A stretch of 64,000 nt of DNA from Tubiluchus corallicola (taxonomy: Eukaryota > Animalia > Priapulida). Shown here piece by piece: positions 54,331 through 64,000 of the stretch. The stretch spans positions 1 through 64,000 of the forward strand of contig JAQGDQ010000545.1 of NCBI GenBank assembly GCA_030141605.1, read 5' to 3'. Position 1 is the first letter of the stretch, and each line of letters starts with the position of its first letter. The notes beneath the pieces were generated by a model. The model was not told the origin of the DNA and made no database searches. It worked only from the letters and a program-made list of their open reading frames with translations. The position numbers and the translations under genes are program-made.

Positions 54331-55559
54331 GCTTTTCTTACGTTGCACGCGAAAACTTGTCACCACTCGGCTATTCAACTCGCCCTCAGGCGACCAAGAC
54401 AAACATACGTGACTGTCATTTCAACGACAGAGAAAAAACTATAAAAGTAAACGGCTATCACGTAGAAAGAATGTGTAAAATAATTATTGGATGGAACTAT
54501 CTGTAGTGGTCTTTGTAAATTATTGAGTTTCTGAGTTGTTTGGAGAGTTTTTAGGTTTCTCATATTGTGTCCGCTCTTGTGGCTGTGGAAAATGCAAAAC
54601 TGTGTAAAATATATATTATACCCCTGACACTTATTACAGCTGGCTTGGTTTGTTTTCCCAGTTTGTCGACTTTGCTTGTTGTTAAACTAATTGTTTGTTG
54701 GCTGTTGTGAACTTTGTCTGAATCTTTTATGTAAGGTACTATTCTTAAAATTTCTTTATAGTTTTTACATGTGAACCTCTTTCTAAATTATTTTTACTTG
54801 TATTCTGACAATTTGAATTTTACTCCTGTGATTGCGAAATGATATAATTTATTCTATGCCTTGGTTGGTAGTGTCACAATTGTACCAATTATTTGTTTTT
54901 GTTTGATTTATAGCATTGAAAATGACAGTTGTTGTCGATACGATCTGCGCTAATAAACAACATGTTTTAACATATCATAAAATATCATAACATTTTGAAC
55001 TGGGAAAGTATATCGCTTTAAAGAGACAGGACTTTTCATATTATTAGTAAATTAGTATTAATCTAATCTGTGAGTAAAAGATTTATATTTATTAAATCAA
55101 TGGACAAAAATCTGAAGTTTACTCATTTAGAATTGAACCCAGAATTTCTGATATCGGTCCAGACATGATAACCGTTGCATCCTGCGGATTACCTACATAA
55201 ATACCCATTCAAGTTTAACGGTGCTATTGCATAATATATCTTTACTATCTTTAAAATTAGAATAAAGCATATGTCATCTGCAGACATGCTTGATATTGCC
55301 TAGATACACTGTCAGTTAATGTGCTGTTATTATTAATGCTATTGGTCATGAACAATCACTCAGATTAACAATAACAACAGATTAACTTAACTTAGTATCT
55401 AGGAAACAACAAGCGTATCTCTGGATGACCTATGCTTGATCGTAATTTCAAGAATGGTAAAAGCAAGTTGGAATGAGAAAGAGATTTGTGGATAACAGAT
55501 CAGAAAATCTTGGGTAGTAGGTTTAATTTTTGGACTTTGGAATCTCGAATATAAAGCTT

Positions 55560-56325
55560 GTGATTCCTCCAAACAACAGTGACGTTAAAATAAATTAATT
55601 CATGATTCAGTGGAGTAAACTGACAATTTCGACAAGCAGTAGAATTTTATAGATTTCTATTTGCTAGCTTGAAGCATAAAAAGTTTGGTATAATTTTATG
55701 AAACTTGCAGTTTTCAAGGAAGTCCACATCCAACGCTGTATTACCTTTCGAAAAATAAAGTGATGAGCACTTTTTGAAGTGTTTGAGTACACCATTGTCA
55801 TAACGATTTCTGATGACGTCAGCTGCTGATCTTGAAGAAGGAAATCTAAGCTGGAACAGCTTGAGAATAATTGATATGCACAGTGATACCACATACAGGC
55901 TGAACATAATCGAGTGAAAACAGTTCCAAACTGAGCAGAATATAGTGCTAGAGAAGTCACTATTAGTAAGTCCAGCAAGTCCCTCTTAGTTTCACTAAGG
56001 TGAAGTGAGAAGCTTGGAGTATCTTCTACGGGTTAGTCTGTACTACAACACGAAAGAGAGACTCTGATTGGACTTACTCAGTTTAGAACTGTCTTCACTG
56101 GATTATGTTCAGCCTGTATGTGCATATCATTCACTCTCAAGCTTAGATTTCTTTAGATTGCTCATCGCTGTATTTTTCAGGTAAAACAGCGCTGGGTGTG
56201 AACTTCCTTGAAAATTGTCTCATAAAATCTCATAAAATTAAGTCTCATAAAATTATACCAAACTTTCTATGCTTCAAGCTAGCGAACGGAAACCTACAAA
56301 ATCCTACTGCTTGTCGAAATTATTT
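55560..56325 (-). mobile_element. Penelope-like element 5' region with an inverted, deleted duplicate
   Basis: LFQLRFP..DVIRNRY..LDVDFLENCKFHKIIPNFLCFKLANRNL resembles PLE ORF N-termini; inverted copy at 56085-56325. Confidence 0.7.
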
Positions 56326-59300
56326 CATGTTTCAAAGACTTAAAACAGGTCACGAATACTCAGACTAAACATGCTTTAACGGGAATTAAAACACAGTTCG
56401 CGTCTGCCACGTGAGCTAACATTTCTGTCTTTCTAAACACAGATGGGTTAATTCTACTACTTACAAAGGCATAACAAAAATCATCCAAATAACCGATCGA
56501 TTGTACATAGATACTAATTTACGGAGAATGTATGTTATATAGAGTAGTCGTCTTCTATGTTCAAAGTATATTCACTGTGCAGTGCATGACTGCTAGTAGC
56601 AAACGTGTCCAAATTAATGCTGTCTCAGCAAAATGATTGTTGCCAGCTAATCGAACATGAGTAAATGGCCTGGCTTTAATAATAGCATAGAATAATACAG
56701 CAGTCAAGGTACTAAGTAACCTGGGGTATATACAATATCAAAACATTTTGCATGCTAGCACGGCTTTGAATAACTAGCCTAGCTAGGGCATTTATGAAGA
56801 AAAATAAACTAAACAGTGTTTGTCTAACACATTCGTAAAAGCCAGTATTAAATTACCTCAAAATGCAAATTTGATTAACTCGCAAGCAATTTCCCCACAA
56901 TTAACGCAATTATTAAACGATAAAATTACAGGAAATAAATGAAATTAGCGCCGTTTTGTGACGTCACCATTTGGTTGCAAGAGCAGCACCAAAACGGTGG
57001 TGTGATTTTAGAAAACCAACGCATCATTTATCTAACTTGTAATGCTGTGGTCCTGCAATTATCTACAATGGCATCGACGGCTGATTATACATAAGCTAAC
57101 CAGGTCTGTTTCATTGAATACTGCTTTAATGTTGAGAGGCAAGCTGTAGAATTGCTCCCGCGTTCTGGAGCCTCCACTTAAATGTAAATCTCGGAATAAA
57201 TGCAAAAGTTTTTGACGCTTTTAAAGGCAGAAATACGATAATTAAATAACCATAAACGGGACGGAATCTCCTTTCTTCCCTGATTAGGCGACTTTTGTTC
57301 AGTAGTTATTTCTCCAGTAGAAATTCATACTTAATTAACGTAACAAATGCTTTGCTTGCATTATAATTTCATACATTTACGATGTTATAAAACAGGCTTT
57401 CAAGAAAGTGTTGTCGCAGCGGCACCTATGTTGCTCATGTACGCTCTTGAAGGCGCCACTGTAGTAATTTTGGGATACGAATAATAAGTGAACAATTTAA
57501 CAGTTTGGCGTGCCTGTCAGTTAGTTAGTCAGTCGGCCAGCCAGTAAGTAAGCAATCAATTTACGCAAGTAAATGAGTAAAGTGGCTTGTGGCCTGCCAA
57601 CCAGACAATTACTCACGCATTGAACGAATGGGTGGCAGACAAATATCAGAACAAACATGAAAAACAAACAAACACGTATACATACACGCATACAAGCATA
57701 CATACATACAAACAAACACATACGTACAAACATACTGACAGATAGACAGGCAGACAGACAGCTAGACAAACAAACAAACAACAAATATGATTAATGGTAA
57801 TGATAGACTACAATAAATTATCAAAATTTCAGCCAAACTTGATCGAAAGGGCCCTTAGATTTCCATTGGATAACTACTATAATAAGGGGTTGTATAGTTT
57901 AGTGGTCTTCTCAATGTGCTCCTAATCAAACCTCCTAGTTCAAATCCAGGCCCGGCTGGACTTTACATTTTTCTTTTTTTCTTTTTTTCGAATAAAGTTT
58001 GGTATTTAAAATTCCAAGAATTGATTTTTTTCCATCACTACTGTTGTACGTTGATTAATTATTAACAAATTAAGTTTTGGTTGGCAGGCAGGTTAATTAC
58101 TTTAACGTAAAGAAACACACGATCGATCATATGTAACTCTATCTCCTTGAAGACACTTCAAGCTACAATGAGCTGCAACTGCCTGGGCTTTCAACAAGCT
58201 TTTGCCAATTGATTTGGAAGAATTCTGGAAACTTGTTGCGCAAACGTAATCAAATCTAATTTCTAACAGCGTCCGAACGACGACATTGACGAATGAAGAT
58301 TGCGTCATACATCAAGCCCCAAGTATTTAATTTAGATAAGTAAGTAGCCGCCTTTTGCACACGCCCACGGTTGTTTAGTACACGCCTAAGATTTTTTTTG
58401 TAAATTGAGAGGCGGAGTTTATATAATATAGGTGCCCTGCGAATATTTTTTTCTTCAATTAGTATGTCGGTCTCTATGTATGTATGTACGTCAGAAACAT
58501 TGGGTTGAGGGAATCGCTTGGCAAGTAACACATACGCTATCGGCAACTTTGGGTGTTTTTAATTCTTTTTGATTTTAGTATTGGAGATAAAGGGCGGGAG
58601 AGCTAGACTGGTGCGTATGGTGCGCATGATTTGCCCCAAGTTCAAATATTATCTCAAAGTTACGAACCCAAGTATGATTCGTGAAGTTATTTGTGCTAAA
58701 GCACTTTTCTAATTTGGTGTATTGTTACTTAGATAGAAACAAAGAACAGATGAATTAAAATGTGCGTATAATTATTAGAAGTAATTTACATGATTTTTGC
58801 ATAATGATATTTACAATGACGATATGAAAGTAATAGTATTAAGTGATATTAGTATACAAGAGATATATTGGTCTATTACATTATAAAGACCTAAATATGT
58901 TTAAGTATAACTGATTAGTAGATGATAATAAGCGTGTTGACAAAAACTATGACACTATTTTTTCTTTTATATTACTAGATTAAAACAACAGTATGAAATA
59001 ATTAAACACACAATTAACTTTTGCCAAACGATATCCTAGATAAGGAGCTGGGAGATAAAATAGCGCTTGGCGGGCTACTATGTTAACTCAAATCACAAAG
59101 GACTGAACGCCCATTATAAAGCTTTTAGAGGAAGCCTATTAAAGTCAGAATAATTGTATAATTACATGGGCAATTAGGTACGATACCAAATAATGCTTAT
59201 CCTTATCCTTGCTGCACGTTTATTCATAAACCTCTTTGCCAGGGCAGAGCCAGGCAAACAGGGTAAACACGTATAAATACTTCACTTTTCATTGTTTTCC

Positions 59301-60839
59301 TTCACAACTCCTTTCCACCGAATTTCGCACTTTTCACTCTTAATTCATCCCATCTCTTTCCCTCTTGCAACTTCTCTTCCTATCCATCCTATTCTCCCCA
59401 TCTTCCTATCTATCCCACCCTTTTCTTTCTCTCTTTTAATCCTTGCTTTTTCGATACATTTCTTTTTCTCCTCACCTACTTCTCTTTTTATCCATTCCAT
59501 CCTTCTCTTTATCTATTTTCTACTCTGCTATTTTCCTGATTTTTGATTTTGGCTTCCATTTTGATTTATTTTGCTCTAGATGATTTTGTTTTTGCCTATG
59601 GATCGTTTGATATAAGATATTTAAATCGAGTTTTGAATTTTCTTTAAAAAACAATTTTGTACGATCAATTAGAAAGTTTGCAGGCATGGTACGACAGTAA
59701 TTTATTATTGCTTTAACATTCTAATTTAGTGCTTCAACATTCTGTAATTATCCATCGTAATTTCAATTCGGTTATTTACTGTTATTTTTTTTAAAAATAG
59801 TAATTGCTTGCAAGACGAAGTATCTTTAGGTATCCAACTAATTTAACTCGGTTCCTTTAAAAACTAATGGACATTATCTTATCACGTAAACATTTGCGCC
59901 TACTAAGAAAAAAGGAGCAGCTGCGTTGGTGATCAATTGGGTTTTGATCAACCACTCCTACTAAGATGTTGTTGAAATTTCCTACTACTATTTATTGTAA
60001 TGTGAAACGAATGTTGGGGAAATAAATTGATTGAATTGAATTGAAATATATTGAATTTTCCCTCTCTGCCCCTCTTTCTTTGACGATTTATCTTCCTACA
60101 CAGCTGTTTTCATCGCAATTACGCTTTCACTTATCACAACATAAATTGTGTCACAGGAGCAATTAACCCTGAAGAACGACCTCTACATCTAACATCGTTT
60201 CATCACCATCCTCATCTCGGGCTTTCACAACTACAAAACTTCTTACTGAATCATTTTCTAAGAAGTTGTTATACAGCCACGTCCGTTTAAGAGACAATGA
60301 CGGCTGGCGAGACTAGACTGAATATAGACGGATCATTGGACTGAGCTTGAGGATATGCGGTCTCCACAGGGAAGCCATACGCCATGTGAGTCAGAAAGCG
60401 CTTGCAGTCAGTCTGGCTTCACCTAGATTAGCTGGTCACCGTGATGTGCATTCAAGCGTGTCTGATTAGAACTTTTAAACCTGGTTGACTTGCGTCGGCA
60501 ACTTTTGTTTTCTTTCTAAACAGTTGAGACGAAAAAGTAAAGAGTTACGAGCTTAGGGAGTCTAGGCGAAGCAGAGGGATTAGTGCAGAAAATGAAAGAC
60601 TAAATCTACTCTTTGGACAGAAGTGATCATAGTAAGGTACAGCTAATGAAATGCGTCAGACGAGGTTGTTCTTAGGGCATCACCCAATTAGCCATAATGA
60701 AAACTGGATAAAACCTGTTAACACACCACACACACTTACTTTATCCAACTATTAATAAAGGTTGAGGTTAACAATTGACAATATCGTTCGTGTATAACTG
60801 AGCCTTTTCTAGGAAAAGAAAATAGTCACAAAATAGTCA

Positions 60840-61394
60840 CAAGGAAAGAACAAGTCACTCTGTGTGCTGGTTGTATTTTACTGTTACCAGTTAAGGTTAG
60901 AAAAATATAACAAAGAAATTTGCAAAGAACTGCCTATAAAATATAAATTAAAAATATACTAACCCTGAATAGAAATTTTCAGGCGTGGCGGTTTGCCGCC
61001 ATTCACTTCAAAATCATGACATAACTGGGAGACTCATGAGCGCGTCGTGGCTTTCCGTAAGCGCACGCTGCTTAAACTAATTCAAATTTCTGCATCTTAC
61101 CTAATATTCACGTAAAAATATTACAAAATGAACTAAATATTTTTTTTCGTAAAAACTTATTATACTTTTGATGAAGACCGACAGTATGCTGCTTTTCTTC
61201 AAGACGAATGGCGTTATTGGAAGAAGAATGGGCGTTCAAAATGGGAGCGCCCAAGCTTTGAGTGATCGCGACTTTAAAGTGATTTTGCTAGTTACACGAG
61301 GCGCTTATTGCAGTTTTATTACTAAATCCTTCTAACATTTCTCCCAAACATTGAAATAAGCCTAACCTCCTAGAAGGCTTGGCCTTTCCTTTAA
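60840..61394 (-). mobile_element. MITE family B
   Basis: aaggaaagaacaagtcac ... ggcctttcctttaa. Confidence 0.85.
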
Positions 61395-61774
61395 AAAGTT
61401 ATTGAGCTACACTATATTGATTTATTGACCATATAAAGTAATTTATACTTTTGCTTAGTTAGTGAACTTAAAATTTTATTTATTAAGAGTATTTTCTAGT
61501 CATTTTATCCAACGCAATTTTTTGTCAAGCATCACAGTGTTGCGCACAGCAAGCAAATAAATAGAAAAACAACGAATTTTTTTAGTTCACTCGTTGTTTA
61601 TAACAAGCATTCAGTTATTTTTGTTCAAATTCTATTTTCTAGAAATATTAGTTATCTTACGTGTCTTCTTAAAACTGTGGGTAGTATGATAGATGACACT
61701 TCGCAGAACCAGCTTTCCTGGCAAGTATTCTAGCAGGCACCCAACCAGTTACTAGCCAGGCTCGTTATAGAGCG

Positions 61775-61903
<129 letters not shown>

Positions 61904-62546
61904 AGAGACACAGGAAAGACAGTGATTGTTTTCGATAAGGAAACATACGTGGAAACTTGATACCCTTTGTCTCCTATAACGACAGTTTTTACGATCTATG
62001 TTGTTCATCATTTGTAAACGCTTCAGCAAAAGAACTTGTTAGTTGAATTAAATTAACATTTGGACGGACACCAAAGCCATTCAAGTGAAATATTTAGAAG
62101 GTGATCTTCAGAAGACAATAGTAGCTTCAATTTAAAAATTTATGGATATCTACTGGTTTTATTTATTCGACAAATGACTTTGAAACGTTTAATCTATTTC
62201 TGCAGCGACTGTTTCTCATTTTCTACAATGCATCTTCAACGTGATATTTTAATGGTATGATAAATTTTGCCTTTTTCAATTTTCTTGATCCAGTTATCAC
62301 ATTTTGGTGTATTGGCTGTAACACTTGCAACATTTTTTTGCTGGTTAATGGCAGCCCATTTGTCGTCGTTGTCGTTAGCTCATTTGTCGTCGTCGTCATC
62401 GTCACTGTCGTAGTCTTGTAGTCGCTGTTGCTGTAGCTGTTGTCTTTTGTATTTATTGCCCTCGTCATCTGGTTGCTGTCTTCGCCGTCGCCGTTAGAGG
62501 CGGTGACACTATCGTCACCGCTATTGGCATTACTTAGTAGCACTGC

Positions 62547-63160
62547 TTAAAGGAAAACAGGATGATTTTTCATATCCTTTTTGAAGTGAGGTAAAAGGTA
62601 TACATTTTAACATCTAAAATAATGGCAAAGTGTTTCTGGTAATTAACTAGTAGGTTCAAAACTTAATTAATGGCGGGCGAGTCCAGTTAGTGATGACGTA
62701 ATAAGTGAACATAATTTTCAACAGCACAAACATTCCATGAGCGTGTTGCACATGTTTGTGAAAGCGAAAATGGAAGTACAGTGATACTGTACAAGATTCA
62801 GTGTGATATACAAAATTTCACGTTTAAAATTCAAAACTTCAAGTTTACCGCTGTGTTCAGCCGTGAGTTCTCGAACCTGTGTACTACGTCATAGCCGAAC
62901 ATCTCTCAAATGGGAGGTACAGCACATGTTTTTTATGCAACGCGTTTTCGACATGTAAGGGTTATAGTGCCCATCTAACTAGCAAATGGCGAGATGCATT
63001 CAGCAGCAAAGAACTAGCCGCGCGAACGCAAAATTGCGTTTCTGTGACAATAATTCTTTCACGTAAGTTATTCTTGAACAAAAAAGTATGCCCCTTTCAA
63101 CATTTTACAGGGTAGATTCTTTTGAGCTACAGTTTAAGATTGTGGCCGATTAGCCTTTAA
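62547..63160 (+). mobile_element. MITE family C, full length
   Basis: ttaaaggaaaacaggatg ... gcctttaa. Confidence 0.85.
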
Positions 63161-63479
63161 TAAAATCTGTGAGCGCTTTTATGTGGGCATAAATTCGATT
63201 ACTTAGAATCCCCCAGTTGGGATACAACTTTATGAAATTGTATCATTGGGATCCCGATCAGCTTAAATTTCCATGATTTCCGCTTTGCTCTGCGACCACG
63301 CACTTGAACCTACAGACCTTCTAGCTTGTGGTGTTCCATGGGGGTCTTGATTCTCACACGTTTATTGTATTTCCTGCCTTATTTTAATGTACATAATGGT
63401 CTCTGTTTACTTGAACGCACTTCCATCATGATTAGTACATGTAAATCGTCAGCAAACTAGATTTTATAAAAAGCTTTTA

Positions 63480-63995
63480 GCAATATTCTCCTTTGTAGTT
63501 TGCATATAACTTAGCGTCTCAGAACATCGCTGTCTTTTTATGTTCATAAACAATGTCATCCAAGAACCTCGTGGCTATGTAAAAAATGATATTACGAAAC
63601 TTAAAGATTTAATTTCTGTAAACAATGAAAGCAGTAAAATTAGTATATAGAAACTGTGCAATTCTGAACTTAAGATGCGTATGTTTACGTGATACGATCT
63701 AATATTAATAAAGCTAATCGAATTTTCTGGATCAGAGCTCGGCTTTCTGCCCACAATTTCCACAATGAGACGGGCAAGTGGTCGAGGACCCCTAGACAAA
63801 ACAGGATATGTTTCTGTAATGGCGCGAATTTGCCTGTTCAGTCCGAGTTTCACGTAATATGTGTGTGCCCTCTATCGGTTGGAATATCCGTCGTATACTT
63901 TTTTAGCTGGACTAATGTAATCGTATCAAAATCAAATCGTACCGTATCGTACAATTATAATGTGTTTCTCCGAGACATAAAAATTCGGTAATTTT
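63480..63995 (+). mobile_element. LINE 3' fragment (related to 17290-17650)
   Basis: RARLSAHNFHNETGKWSRTPRQNRICFC..VQSEFHVICVCPL. Confidence 0.8.
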
Positions 63996-64000
63996 TAACT

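Noticed and set aside
55125-55185. tRNA-like boxes (also ~57887-57955 and ~63290-63330)
   Set aside because: Degenerate, no cloverleaf; at most old SINE heads
58102-58546. Two short minus-strand ORFs
   Set aside because: No motif or splice support
60158-60392. Acceptor/donor pair as plus-strand receptor exon 2
   Set aside because: Frames checked hit stops; no Cys-loop motif
62223-62543. 106-aa Thr/Asp-rich ORF
   Set aside because: Decayed (GTC/GTT)n repeat

Overview
AT-rich animal (invertebrate-type) genomic DNA with spliceosomal introns, an assembly gap at 28423-29003, many microsatellites and minisatellites, several families of non-autonomous DNA transposons, and decayed LINE and Penelope fragments. 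Almost all ORFs in the track are repeat artefacts. Two real genes can be rebuilt by hand. (1) An SDCCAG8-like centrosomal coiled-coil gene on the minus strand, with four phase-consistent exons at 7097-6841, 5451-5313, 4169-4017 and 2206-2072. (2) An LCCH3/GABA-A beta-like Cys-loop receptor, with exon 2 (27367-27237) and exon 3 (19720-19653) on the minus strand. A signal-peptide exon that fits it in phase lies on the PLUS strand at 39201-39259, between two inverted copies of one MITE family. The most striking signals are: tandem arrays built from the splice junctions themselves (about 57 acceptor copies, 6 donor copies, 3 acceptor copies); the wrong-strand exon 1; and the absence of downstream receptor exons before SDCCAG8 begins on the same strand. 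All protein and family assignments come from recalled motifs, not database searches.
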